Shown here: positions 9,903 to 20,141 of the stretch, piece by piece
Numbering within the stretch: position 1 is the first letter of the stretch
How the letters are laid out: each line of letters starts with the position of its first letter
NCBI GenBank assembly: GCA_977020255.1
Contig: CDROCS010000122.1
Coordinates: forward strand, 1-64,000
Direction: 5' to 3'
DNA from: Obrimoposthia wandeli
Taxonomy: Eukaryota
DNA: 64,000 bases
The notes under the pieces: generated by a model
What the model was told of the DNA's origin: nothing
What the model saw: the letters and a program-made list of their open reading frames with translations, nothing else
Database searches by the model: none
Program-made: the position numbers and the translations under genes

Positions 9903-10048
9903 TAGGTTCTCCGTCATAACGTTCAATATACGCTCAACAACTAATAACATCAGTAAACAGAGAGTTTATAGTAAGTAAAACGATAGGAAATCGCCGAGAG
10001 ACATAAACGGTTTGCATTGTATAGTGAATGGACTTTGAGTCGATATAA

Positions 10049-10330
10049 CTACGCATAAAGATCGACACCAACGAGATTTGATAATTCATCTCTCTTATTT
10101 TGATGCATCACACCGAGGTATGAATCCAGCGCTTCTCGATTTATGCCTTCAGGTTGATCATATTGAATATTGGCACGTGCATTCAGAATAACATCAGGGC
10201 TTGGAACCGATTTTGAAACGCCACCAGTAATGACAGCAGATTGTGTATTATTCACCACAGCAGCAGGCTTTAAAACCTGACTTTTTTGTTGTGGATGAAT
10301 GGAAGGTGGTAAACGAGTAATTGACACCAT
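10049..10330 (-). CDS. Small hypothetical protein (93 aa)
   Basis: GGAGG RBS; lies co-directionally between tsaB and slp; function unknown. Confidence 0.75.
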   Translation of the reverse strand: MVSITRLPPSIHPQQKSQVLKPAAVVNNTQSAVITGGVSKSVPSPDVILNARANIQYDQPEGINREALDSYLGVMHQNKRDELSNLVGVDLYA

Positions 10331-10452
10331 AATACGCCTCCGATAAACAAAGAAACGAGCGTTAACATGTAAAATTTAACCAGTGGTACTAATTGCAGTT
10401 AATGTCCGTTTCTTATCATTATTTCGTGTATCGCCTGCTATCAAAAGACGCT

Positions 10453-11163
10453 TTATTCGCGACCTGGTAGTTTTTTCCAAGTCACGGTATCACGTACATA
10501 TACAGGGCTTGCATCTTCAGCATAAACCGTTTCACCACGTGCTAATGCATATTTAGCAAGTACAATCATATCTTGTGAATCAGGATAAAGAATCTCACCC
10601 TTTTGAGGATTAAGATTCAGCTGGCTACGCAATTCAGCATAGCTTTCCCAACCTGTACCTGCCGTTAACCAGATACCAGAGTCGGTCTGGTTTGCATTTT
10701 TTTCTTGTACTAGTGCATCAGGGGCAATCACTTGCTCTTTACCCTGTAATAACCAATCACCATCGGTTTGGCGTTGGTATTGTCCCCAGTAAATTTCGCC
10801 CATGCGGGCATCAATAGCTGTTAAGACTTGCTCTGATTGATGTATACGGTATGTGCCTTGTGCCATTGTCATCAGCGTTGAAATACCTACCATAGGTAAA
10901 TCCGCACCAAAAGCTAAGCCTTGAGCAATACCAATACCAATGCGAACGCCAGTAAAGCTGCCAGGGCCTCGGCCAAAGGCTAACGCATCAAGTTGAGTCA
11001 ACTTCACGCCACCTTCAGCCAAAACAGTATCGACCATAGGCAATATTTTAGTTGTATGTTCACGTGGTGCATATTCGCAACGTGAGATAATTTCATCACC
11101 CATTATAAGGGCTACAGAACAGTTTTCAGTTGATGTATCAACTGCAAGAATTTTGGTGCTCAT
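10453..11163 (-). CDS. tsaB: t6A tRNA modification protein TsaB (YeaZ)
   Basis: ILAVDTSTE and [13 protein letters not shown] motifs. Confidence 0.96.
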   Translation of the reverse strand: MSTKILAVDTSTENCSVALIMGDEIISRCEYAPREHTTKILPMVDTVLAEGGVKLTQLDALAFGRGPGSFTGVRIGIGIAQGLAFGADLPMVGISTLMTMAQGTYRIHQSEQVLTAIDARMGEIYWGQYQRQTDGDWLLQGKEQVIAPDALVQEKNANQTDSGIWLTAGTGWESYAELRSQLNLNPQKGEILYPDSQDMIVLAKYALARGETVYAEDASPVYVRDTVTWKKLPGRE

Positions 11164-11178
11164 TCAAGCCTCTGAATG

Positions 11179-13122
11179 CTAGTGGTCATCATTTAGCGGT
11201 GCATCAACACCGTTAACTTCCGACAAAAACTGCCTAACACGGCTGATATCACGCGTACGTGGTATCTGTGGTAGGCTTCTTAAAAAGACAGCGCCATAAG
11301 GACGCGTGACCAAGCGATTATCACAAATAACGAGCACACCTTTATCCTGCTTATCACGAATCAAACGACCCACGCCCTGCTTTAGGGTAATAACGGCATC
11401 AGGTACTTGTACTTGTGAAAAAGGATCACCACCACGTAAGCGGCAATCTTCAATACGTGCTTTTAGCAACGGATCATCCGGTGCTGTAAAAGGCAATTTA
11501 TCGATAATAACACAGCTAAGCGCCTGCCCTCTAACATCAATGCCTTCCCAAAAGGCACCTGTCGCGACTAATAGTGCATTACCCCGTTCTAAATACTCGG
11601 CTAAAAGCTTTTGTTTTGTCGTCTCACCTTGTACTAAAACAGGCAAATCTAACTTCGCGCGAAAGCCTTCTGCTAAGTCTCGCACCATTTGATGAGAAGT
11701 ACATAAAAAGAAACAACGCCCATTATTGGCTTCAATCAGTGGCGTAAGCATGTCCACCAGCCGATCTGCGGTGCCAACGCTATTAGGTTCGGGTAAAAAT
11801 CGAGGCACACACAACAACGCTTGTTGTTGATAATCAAATGGGCTTTCTAACGAGAACTGCTGTGTAGGTTCAAGCCCTAAGCGATGGCTAAAATGACTAA
11901 AATCATCATCAACGGCAAGTGTGGCAGATGTAAAGATCCACGCCCCTTCTTGAAGCGCCATTTGTTCTCTGAATTTTTCAGCCACCGATAACGGTGTAAT
12001 GTGCAACGTAAAATGACGAGGCGTGCATTCAAACCAATAGGAATACCCCACAATTGAGGTATCACAGAGACGATTCAGACGCGCTTTTAATAACGTGGCA
12101 CGTTCAAATGCTGCATCTAATAGTTGGCTACGCCCTAGCGCTAATTTTAAGACATCATAGGTGAGATCTAACGCATCGTTTAGACGGGTTAATTCTCGTT
12201 GAACTGCAGGTGTTTTCATCGCATCACGCCAGTTTCCCCGAAAACCGGGTTCACCTAATACAATCCGTAAATCAAAGGCTGCTTGCGTTAATCTATCGGC
12301 TGTCTTTTGTAGCTGCCGCATATCTTTTGCTTCAGTCCGATAAGCAATTTCAACATCCTTGGCTAGCTCTTGAAGTTGACGACTCGATAAGCTCTGACCA
12401 AAATATTGGCTCGCGATATCAGGCATTTGATGAGCTTCATCGAAAATAAAGACTTCAGCCTCGGGAATTAACTCACCAAAACCGGTTTCTTTTATTGCGA
12501 GATCTGCCAAAAATAAGTGATGGTTTACCACCACCACATCAGATTCCATCGCTTTACGACGAGCTCGTACGACAAAACAATCTTCAAAAGACGGACAGTC
12601 ACGCCCCAAGCAATTATCGTTGGTCGAGGTAATCATTGAAATAACAGGGCTATCTTCTGCCACGCTATCACATTCACCCAAATCGCCACTTTTGGTAGCA
12701 GAAGACCAGCTGCGCACTTTGATTAGCTGGCTAAGCAACGTGGGATCGGCATGTACACCATGGCTTTCTGTCATTTGACGACTGAGACGATCTAAACATA
12801 AATAGTTCGAACGCCCTTTTAGCAACGCCACACGACCCGTAAAGCCCAATGAACGCATCATTAGTGGCAAGTCACGGTGGAATAACTGCTCTTGTAAGTT
12901 TTTCGACCCTGTACTGATAATCGTTTTTTTGCCACGCGCTAAAGCAGGAACAAGGTAAGCAAATGTTTTACCTGTACCCGTGCCCGCTTCTACTACTAAC
13001 TGTGTTTTATTACAGATAGCATCGTCCACAGCTTGTGCCATATCAATCTGAGATTGTCGTGCCTGAAAGCCCGGAATGGCTTTGTCCAGTGCGCCTTTAG
13101 CGGCAAAAAATGATTTTATCAT
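11179..13122 (-). CDS. yoaA: ATP-dependent DNA helicase YoaA (DinG/XPD family)
   Basis: EAGTGTGKT, DEAH, Fe-S cysteines, KQGVGRLIR; adjacent to tsaB. Confidence 0.93.
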   Translation of the reverse strand: MIKSFFAAKGALDKAIPGFQARQSQIDMAQAVDDAICNKTQLVVEAGTGTGKTFAYLVPALARGKKTIISTGSKNLQEQLFHRDLPLMMRSLGFTGRVALLKGRSNYLCLDRLSRQMTESHGVHADPTLLSQLIKVRSWSSATKSGDLGECDSVAEDSPVISMITSTNDNCLGRDCPSFEDCFVVRARRKAMESDVVVVNHHLFLADLAIKETGFGELIPEAEVFIFDEAHQMPDIASQYFGQSLSSRQLQELAKDVEIAYRTEAKDMRQLQKTADRLTQAAFDLRIVLGEPGFRGNWRDAMKTPAVQRELTRLNDALDLTYDVLKLALGRSQLLDAAFERATLLKARLNRLCDTSIVGYSYWFECTPRHFTLHITPLSVAEKFREQMALQEGAWIFTSATLAVDDDFSHFSHRLGLEPTQQFSLESPFDYQQQALLCVPRFLPEPNSVGTADRLVDMLTPLIEANNGRCFFLCTSHQMVRDLAEGFRAKLDLPVLVQGETTKQKLLAEYLERGNALLVATGAFWEGIDVRGQALSCVIIDKLPFTAPDDPLLKARIEDCRLRGGDPFSQVQVPDAVITLKQGVGRLIRDKQDKGVLVICDNRLVTRPYGAVFLRSLPQIPRTRDISRVRQFLSEVNGVDAPLNDDH

Positions 13123-13357
13123 TCATGGTTATCTATACAGTATAAGATTGAGCATTATGCCAACTTTGTTAATCTGCGACCATGATTAATTAATACCAGT
13201 AGTCGTTGTTGCCAGTGTAAAGCCATATGACATATGAAAATCAAATGCATATAAAAGGCTATTTCACGGCGTGATAATTCAATTATCTTTTGACCCTGTT
13301 ATAAATACACGGTAAATAGAAGGGAGTTAAATTTAAAAATACCGTTCAAGGATGACC

Positions 13358-14191
13358 ATGGAAAAGAAAACGCTTCTCACCGATTGCCCCGATGCGATAG
13401 GTCTTATCTCAAAAATCACAAACATTTGTTATAAGCATCAACTCAACATTGTGCACAACAATGAATTTGTCGATAACACAAACAAGCAGTTCTTCATGCG
13501 TACCGAATTAAAAGGGTATTTTAACGATAAGACCTTCTTAGCCGATCTGGATCATGCGCTTCCTACAGGTAGTCACCGTCGCTTAATCAGTTCTGAACGT
13601 AAACGTATTGTCATTATGGTGACAAAAGAAGCGCATTGTATTGGTGATATTCTGGTAAAAGCTTATGACGGTACGCTCGATGTCGATATCGCCGCTGTTG
13701 TGGGTAATTACGATACATTAGGTAAGTTAACAGAAAAGTTTGATATACCCTTTCATCATATAAGCCATGAAGGGCTTACCCGTGAAGAGCATGAAGATAA
13801 ATTGCTCGCATGCATTAAGCAATATGAGCCGAACTATGTCGTACTCGCAAAATACATGCGCATACTTACGCCAGAGTTTGTAACCGCATTTCCGCATCAA
13901 ATTATCAATATTCACCATAGCTTCTTACCGGCGTTTATTGGTGCAAAACCTTACTTACAAGCCTTTGAGCGTGGCGTGAAGATCATTGGTGCAACAGCCC
14001 ACTTTGTCACTAATGACTTAGATGAAGGTCCGATTATTACGCAAAACGTGATCCCGGTTGATCATAACTACAGTGCCAATGACATGGCACGATCAGGCCG
14101 TGATGTTGAAAAATCAGTACTCAGTAAAGCACTGGGTTTAGTGGTTGATGATCGTGTGTTTGTGCATGGCAATAGAACGATCATTCTTTAG
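13358..14191 (+). CDS. purU: Formyltetrahydrofolate deformylase
   Basis: ACT domain plus INIHHSFLPAF.GA.PY motif; ATG at 13358 follows AAGGA. Confidence 0.96.
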   Translation: MEKKTLLTDCPDAIGLISKITNICYKHQLNIVHNNEFVDNTNKQFFMRTELKGYFNDKTFLADLDHALPTGSHRRLISSERKRIVIMVTKEAHCIGDILVKAYDGTLDVDIAAVVGNYDTLGKLTEKFDIPFHHISHEGLTREEHEDKLLACIKQYEPNYVVLAKYMRILTPEFVTAFPHQIINIHHSFLPAFIGAKPYLQAFERGVKIIGATAHFVTNDLDEGPIITQNVIPVDHNYSANDMARSGRDVEKSVLSKALGLVVDDRVFVHGNRTIIL

Positions 14192-14221
14192 TAAGCCAAT
14201 ATAGTTATTACGGAATCAATA

Positions 14222-14257
14222 ACGAGTTGAGCGTCGCGACTACTGAGTCAACTCGTC
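14222..14257. terminator. Hairpin between convergent purU and yecM
   Basis: ACGAGTTGA...TCAACTCGT inverted repeat with a weak U-tract. Confidence 0.45.
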
Positions 14258-14293
14258 ATTTGCCTTTCGCTCTATGCTAGCGTCTTCCGTTAT

Positions 14294-14884
14294 TTAAAAC
14301 TCTTCACTATCAACCACAGCTTTTAGCGAACACGGGTGTAACTTGATACACACACCGTTTTTCTTAAATGCATAGGTGGGATTCGGTAAACGCTCTTTTT
14401 CACCAGAAGGTGAACTTGCTTTTAGCTTGATACCTTTTTCAGTAAGTCGAGACCATTCTTGTTCTAATTGGGGAAACGCTGACTCTAATACCTCTTTGAG
14501 TTCTTCTGTATTCTTCGCCTTACCAGGGATAACAAACTCCACATGCTCCCACCCCTCTTGTGGATAGGCCTTATCGCTTGGGTACGGTAACTCTAAACAT
14601 TCTATCGACCAAGTGCCGACTTTTAGCGGTTGGTGAAAACCAATCACAATAATGGGACGACCATTAATCATATTATTTGACCACTCATCACCATATGCTA
14701 ACCATGCTTGATGAAGTGCCTTCGCGATATCCAGATCATTGACACGTAACGCGATATGATCCGCTTGGTATTGTTCAAGAGATAAACCCAGCTCGCTTGC
14801 CAGTGCCGTAATACAATCTAAAAAAACGGGTAAATTGGCCAACATTTGCTCAGGATGTAGACCTACGTCTGTTAGCTTCTGCAT
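14294..14884 (-). CDS. yecM: YecM-family VOC metalloprotein
   Basis: DHIALR, INGRPI, ELPYP, GWEHVE motifs; divergent from argS as in enterobacteria. Confidence 0.88.
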   Translation of the reverse strand: MQKLTDVGLHPEQMLANLPVFLDCITALASELGLSLEQYQADHIALRVNDLDIAKALHQAWLAYGDEWSNNMINGRPIIVIGFHQPLKVGTWSIECLELPYPSDKAYPQEGWEHVEFVIPGKAKNTEELKEVLESAFPQLEQEWSRLTEKGIKLKASSPSGEKERLPNPTYAFKKNGVCIKLHPCSLKAVVDSEEF

Positions 14885-15313
14885 GTTTTTTCTCCAGTAA
14901 AAATTAACTCACGCGATGAACGCATAATTATCCACAGTTTTGCCATAAGAGGAACCCTTAAACACCATACAACACGCCTTGCTGCATCTTGATTCGTGCA
15001 TAATTTTCATCCGTTACCCACTCCTCAAAAAAAAACGCAAACAATACCTTTTTCAGGTTGCCAAAACACCTTAATATGTGGGTATTATTAGGGCTATACA
15101 TATTAATGTATTCAAGATGCTATCTCTTAGCCCAGAGGATGTTCCGTCAAAAATACTCACGTAACGTATATTTACATTAATTGATTCGAATTCTTGTAGC
15201 CCATTTTCGTGATTATTTTTGACGGTTTTGCGTATTGCAACTCTTGAGTACTGTAACGTTTTTATCTCGCTAATCAATACGTTAGCGTTACAAACGATTT
15301 AAAGGATCTGCGT

Positions 15314-17044
15314 GTGAACATTCAAGCACTAATTAACGATAAAGTCTCTCAGGCACTAGAAGCCGCTGGTGCACCAGCGGGTAGTCCAGCCGCTGTTCGC
15401 CAATCTGCAAAAATTCAGTTTGGTGATTACCAAGCAAACGGTGTAATGGGTGTTGCTAAAAAATTAGGCACTAACCCTCGCGAATTCGCTCAAAAAGTTA
15501 TCGATGTGCTAGATCTTGACGGTATCGCTGAAAAAGTGGAAATCGCAGGCCCTGGTTTCATTAATATCTTCCTAGATAAATCTTGGCTTGCAGCGCGTGC
15601 CGAAGAAGCACTAACCGATGACCGCATTGGTGTTGCCGCTGAGAAGCAACAGAATATTGTTGTCGATTACTCAGCACCAAACGTTGCAAAAGAAATGCAC
15701 GTTGGCCACCTTCGCTCAACAATCATTGGTGATGCAGTAGTACGTACCCTTGAATTTTTAGGTCACAACGTTATTCGTGCTAACCACATTGGTGACTGGG
15801 GTACGCAGTTTGGTATGCTTATCGCAAACCTAGAACGCGTTCAAAATGAAACTGGCGAAGTTTCTATGGAACTTGCCGACCTTGAAGGCTTCTACCGCGA
15901 ATCTAAAAAGCTATACGACGAAGATGAAGAATTTGCCGTTCGTGCTCGTGCTTTCGTTGTTAAGCTACAAAGCGGTGACGAATACTGTGCTGAAATGTGG
16001 AAAAAGCTTGTTGACGTTACTATGGTGCAAAACCAGATTAACTATGACCGCCTAAACGTATCACTAACCCGTGATAACGTGATGGGCGAATCCATGTACA
16101 ACTACATGTTGCCTGGCATTGTTGCCGATCTAAATGAAAAAGGCCTGGCGGTTGAAAGTGACGGCGCACAGGTTGTATTCCTTGATGAATACAAAAACAA
16201 AGATGGTGACCCTATGGGCGTTATCATCCAAAAGCGCGACGGTGGTTTCCTATACACAACAACAGATATCGCATGTGCTAAATACCGTTTCGAGCAATTA
16301 AATGCCGACCGTGTACTTTACTTTATCGACTCACGCCAGCATCAGCACCTAATGCAAGCTTGGTCTATCGTGCGCAAGGCAGGTTACGTGCCAGAAGAAG
16401 TTACGCTTGAGCACCACGCATTTGGCATGATGCTAGGTAAAGATGGCCGTCCTTTCAAAACACGTGCAGGCGGTACTGTTCGTCTGGCTGATCTTCTTGA
16501 TGAATCAGAAGTACGTGCTGCAAAACTTATCGAAGCGAAAAACCCAGATTTAGATGCAGCAGAGAAAGACAAAATTGCTAAAACAGTAGCAATGGCTGCG
16601 GTTAAATATGCCGATCTTTCTAAGCACCGTACAACAGATTACATCTTCGATTGGGACAACATGCTAGCATTCGAAGGTAACACAGCACCGTACATGCAAT
16701 ACGCATATACGCGTGTAGCTTCTATCTTTAAGCGTGCAAACGTGAACCTAGCAGATCTGACTCATCCTATTGTGATCAACGATGAGAAAGAGCAAGCGCT
16801 TCTGTCTACTCTTCTTCAGTTTGAAGAAGCTGTACTGAATGTTGCTCGTGAAGGTCAGCCGCACCTTATGTGTACTTACTTATTCGAGCTTGCGGGTAAA
16901 TTCTCTAGCTTCTATGAAGCTTGCCCAATCTTGAATGCTGAAGAAGCAGTCAAGCAAAGCCGTCTAAAGCTTGCTCTACTAACCGCTAAAACAATTAAGC
17001 AAGGTTTAGACCTACTAGGCATCGAAACCCTTGAACGTATGTAA
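15314..17044 (+). CDS. argS: Arginine--tRNA ligase
   Basis: [14 protein letters not shown] (HIGH motif), [13 protein letters not shown]; GTG start. Confidence 0.98.
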   Translation: MNIQALINDKVSQALEAAGAPAGSPAAVRQSAKIQFGDYQANGVMGVAKKLGTNPREFAQKVIDVLDLDGIAEKVEIAGPGFINIFLDKSWLAARAEEALTDDRIGVAAEKQQNIVVDYSAPNVAKEMHVGHLRSTIIGDAVVRTLEFLGHNVIRANHIGDWGTQFGMLIANLERVQNETGEVSMELADLEGFYRESKKLYDEDEEFAVRARAFVVKLQSGDEYCAEMWKKLVDVTMVQNQINYDRLNVSLTRDNVMGESMYNYMLPGIVADLNEKGLAVESDGAQVVFLDEYKNKDGDPMGVIIQKRDGGFLYTTTDIACAKYRFEQLNADRVLYFIDSRQHQHLMQAWSIVRKAGYVPEEVTLEHHAFGMMLGKDGRPFKTRAGGTVRLADLLDESEVRAAKLIEAKNPDLDAAEKDKIAKTVAMAAVKYADLSKHRTTDYIFDWDNMLAFEGNTAPYMQYAYTRVASIFKRANVNLADLTHPIVINDEKEQALLSTLLQFEEAVLNVAREGQPHLMCTYLFELAGKFSSFYEACPILNAEEAVKQSRLKLALLTAKTIKQGLDLLGIETLERM

Positions 17045-17094
17045 TAAATTTTGAGCTCTGGCTGATAATTTAAACAATACAAACTAAAAAAATT

Positions 17095-17127
17095 AAGCCT
17101 TCTAGGGTATCCTTAGAAGGCTTTTTT
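17095..17127 (+). terminator. Intrinsic terminator of argS
   Basis: AAGCCTTCTAGG...CTTAGAAGGCTTTTTT. Confidence 0.8.
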
Positions 17128-17262
17128 ATTATATATTCACGAGGTAAATCAATTAGACCATCAAAAACATACCTTTAAAACGCCTCGGTATTGTTTTTGA
17201 GCATTAATATTTATCTTGATTGGTACAATATCAAGTTTTGCGTTTAAACATGGAATTAGGTT

Positions 17263-18282
17263 ATGAGTACAGATAGCTTTGTGGAATCAACTGAAACGTT
17301 AAAAAAGACCGTTCCTCTTATGATGAAACACAAAGTCCCAACCACCCCGACTAACTACGCTCTTTGGTATACGTATACAAAGCAACAAAGCCCTGAACTC
17401 AACCTAGCAATTGATCAAGGCATTGCTGAACTCGGGTTATGTACGCCTACATTGTGTGAATCGTTATATCAAGAACATTTAGCCAACCAAACAGAACAAG
17501 ATGTACGACAAGTGAAGCAAAGCCTAACGGCGATGGTACAAGAGCTTTCACACACAATGATGGATGCGTTATCTGATACCGAAATATTTCAAGGTGTATT
17601 AACGAAGAGTTTTGATCAGCTCGAAACTGCAGAACAAAATGGCTTATCACTTGATGACACAATGAAGCTTGTTAGAGATCTCATTCGAGAGTCTCGTCAA
17701 ATTCAAGCCTCAACGGGAACCTTTAAAGGGCAATTAAGCAGCGCAAAAAATGAAATAACCACACTACGTGAAGCTCTTGCTGAAAGCCAAAAAGAAGCCA
17801 ATGAAGATGCGCTTACCGGTATTTTAAATCGCCGTGCTTTTGACCGAGATTTCCAACATTATATCGAAAGCAATACCCCGCTCAGTTTAATTCTGTTAGA
17901 TATTGATAAGTTTAAAAATTTCAATGATAACTTTGGCCACTTGATGGGCGATCAAGTACTGAAAACTATCGCCCGTCGCTTAAAAGAAAACTGCCGTGAT
18001 TATGCTCAAGCTTATCGTTTTGGTGGTGAGGAATTCGCTATTATTCTTCCCCATAAAATGAAGGCATCCGCACGTCAACAAGCTGAAACATTCAGACGAG
18101 CTTTTGAACGAATTTCTGTGATTGATAAAAAAACAGGTCAGCGTGTTAACTCAATAACCGCATCCTTTGGTGTTGCAGAAAAGCAGCCAAATGAGTCAGG
18201 TGAATGTTTAATTGACCGCGCCGATACCTTTATGAACCAGGCTAAAAAATTGGGCAGAAACCGCGTATTACCTTTAAATTAA
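17263..18282 (+). CDS. Cytoplasmic GGDEF diguanylate cyclase
   Basis: DALTG..NRR, DIDKFK..ND..GH..GD, RFGGEEF; helical N-terminus without a TM segment. Confidence 0.92.
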   Translation: MSTDSFVESTETLKKTVPLMMKHKVPTTPTNYALWYTYTKQQSPELNLAIDQGIAELGLCTPTLCESLYQEHLANQTEQDVRQVKQSLTAMVQELSHTMMDALSDTEIFQGVLTKSFDQLETAEQNGLSLDDTMKLVRDLIRESRQIQASTGTFKGQLSSAKNEITTLREALAESQKEANEDALTGILNRRAFDRDFQHYIESNTPLSLILLDIDKFKNFNDNFGHLMGDQVLKTIARRLKENCRDYAQAYRFGGEEFAIILPHKMKASARQQAETFRRAFERISVIDKKTGQRVNSITASFGVAEKQPNESGECLIDRADTFMNQAKKLGRNRVLPLN

Positions 18283-18305
18283 CAATACCAATACCAATAC
18301 CAATA
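18283..18305. repeat. Hexanucleotide microsatellite (CAATAC)3 plus CAATA
   Basis: Read directly after the GGDEF stop codon. Confidence 0.85.
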
Positions 18306-18495
18306 AATTAACAATAACGTTGAACTAACAATAGCGATCTCAAAAAATTACGAGTGAAAAAGGTCACTCTCTACTTAAAACAAAAGAATGGCCTTTTCCG
18401 TCACACAGTAGACATAACGTAAATCACCTGCACTTAATATCAAGAGCGCTTAATATCAGGTACTTTTCTATCGGGGGCGCTTACCGCTCATCATT

Positions 18496-19101
18496 TTATT
18501 GCCCAAAACGCTGTCCGCCACTGTTTAACCACTGCATTTCTTCTGGGGTAGATAGCCGCCCATGAACAGCATTACGGTGTGGGAAGCGACCAAATAACTT
18601 AATGACCTCATGATGGCTAATTGCATACTGATAAAAGCCGTCAAAAATAACCGTATTTTCTGGTAACACTGTTTGCCGTAAGCGATCGAAGCGGAATACG
18701 CACTCTTCCTGATCTTCCTGTGTTTCTGAATGCTCTAACGGTAAATAGAAAAAAACTCGCTCAATTGATGTTAATTCTTCATCTTGATTTTTTGCCAACC
18801 CTCGCTTACAAATAGCCAGAGCTAAAGAATCGTAGCGAAACGCCGCACTTAATCCACGGTAAATATTTCGCGTAAACTGATCAAGCAAGATGATAAGCGC
18901 TAATGCGCCTTTGGGGGTTTCAGCCCACTTACCCAATTCACCTCGCCCTGCGCGGCTCACAAGGTCTCTATACTGCTCAGTGATTAATATGTCGGTCTCT
19001 TTATCACCTTTAAACCACAAGGCGTTCTTGTCATTTTTGGGAACTTCACCTCTCAGTTCACCAAACCAAAAGTCCAACACTTGCTGATATTCATTAACCA
19101 T
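18496..19101 (-). CDS. DUF924-family protein
   Basis: VLDFWF, LALIILLDQFTRNIYR, FFYLPLEHSE, FGRFPHRN motifs; ATG at 19101 follows GGAG. Confidence 0.88.
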   Translation of the reverse strand: MVNEYQQVLDFWFGELRGEVPKNDKNALWFKGDKETDILITEQYRDLVSRAGRGELGKWAETPKGALALIILLDQFTRNIYRGLSAAFRYDSLALAICKRGLAKNQDEELTSIERVFFYLPLEHSETQEDQEECVFRFDRLRQTVLPENTVIFDGFYQYAISHHEVIKLFGRFPHRNAVHGRLSTPEEMQWLNSGGQRFGQ

Positions 19102-19209
19102 TTTTATCTCCAGATTTACTTCACAAGCCAATCACTTGTACACACCTATTACTCAACAACGCTTATACCTAAATAAATACACCGACAGTAAGTAGAGTCT
19201 TAATGTTTT

Positions 19210-19283
19210 TATACCCAAGCTACCTCAAGATGCAGGATTCAGAGTGACTTCAACGTGTTTAATTCAATGAAAATGTGGGTATA
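19210..19283. mobile_element. MITE-like intergenic repeat, copy 1 (TATACCC...GGGTATA)
   Basis: First 46 nt match the copy at 52889 at 40 of 46 positions; terminal TATACCC/GGGTATA inverted ends. Confidence 0.75.
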
Positions 19284-19379
19284 TCTCAAAGATAATGTCA
19301 AAATACCAAAGTACCTATTTATAGAAATCTGCAATGTTTCAGCTTGTGAGCAACACTGTACTCTTAAGGAATATTTACA

Positions 19380-19808
19380 ATGAGTTTCATACTACATTCA
19401 CGATTAGCGTCAGATACCACAACCTTAGGTGATTTACCGCTTTGCCAAGTGCTATTGTCTAAAGAAGCATTAGGACCATGGTTAATTCTAGTACCGCGAA
19501 AAGAAGACTTAACAGAGATTCATCATCTACCTGAAGATGAGCAATATCAGCTCATCCGTGAATCAAGTGCGGTTGCCACACTATTAGAAGATAACTACCA
19601 AGCAGATAAAATTAATGTAGGGGCGTTAGGCAATCTCGTTCCTCAATTACATGTACATCACATCGCGCGTTTTAAGGTTGATGTTGCATGGCCTGGACCT
19701 GTCTGGGGCAATACTGATGGCACACAGCGTTCTGAAGAGCTACAACTCGCACTAGCAGAAGACCTTCGTACAGAACTGAGTAACATCACAGGATTTGTTT
19801 CAGCATAA
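19380..19808 (+). CDS. HIT-family nucleotide hydrolase
   Basis: KINVGALGNLVPQLHVHHIAR...WPGPVWG. Confidence 0.88.
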   Translation: MSFILHSRLASDTTTLGDLPLCQVLLSKEALGPWLILVPRKEDLTEIHHLPEDEQYQLIRESSAVATLLEDNYQADKINVGALGNLVPQLHVHHIARFKVDVAWPGPVWGNTDGTQRSEELQLALAEDLRTELSNITGFVSA

Positions 19809-19846
19809 CGCTATCATGATTCGCTGTTTTTCAAACGACACGCATT

Positions 19847-19872
19847 AAAAAGGCAACCCGCAGGTTGCCTTT
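19847..19872. terminator. Terminator between the convergent HIT gene and feoC
   Basis: AAAAAGGCAACC-CGCA-GGTTGCCTTT. Confidence 0.8.
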
Positions 19873-19898
19873 CATACTCTATTTCTTATCAAGAAAGA

Positions 19899-20141
19899 TT
19901 AACGCATAACGGTTACTGATAACTCGTTTGCATCTAAGCATCGATACCAGACTTCTTTCGCTGATTGGCAACAACCATCACTATCACAACCCACTAGCTC
20001 TTTGCCAATAAGCCCTTTACGGATCCAAACGGCTAGCATTGCTTCAACGCCATCGGCTGACATACCAAAATGAGTTGCTAAGGTGCTACGGCTTGAACGC
20101 CCATGTTGCTCAATATATTGCTTTAACTGTTGAAGAATCAT
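19899..20141 (-). CDS. feoC: Ferrous iron transport protein FeoC
   Basis: Winged-helix-like small protein overlapping the feoB stop by 4 nt. Confidence 0.88.
   Translation of the reverse strand: MILQQLKQYIEQHGRSSRSTLATHFGMSADGVEAMLAVWIRKGLIGKELVGCDSDGCCQSAKEVWYRCLDANELSVTVMR

Noticed and set aside
15071-15277. 68-aa minus-strand ORF between yecM and argS
   Set aside because: No RBS or motif. It occupies the divergent promoter region.
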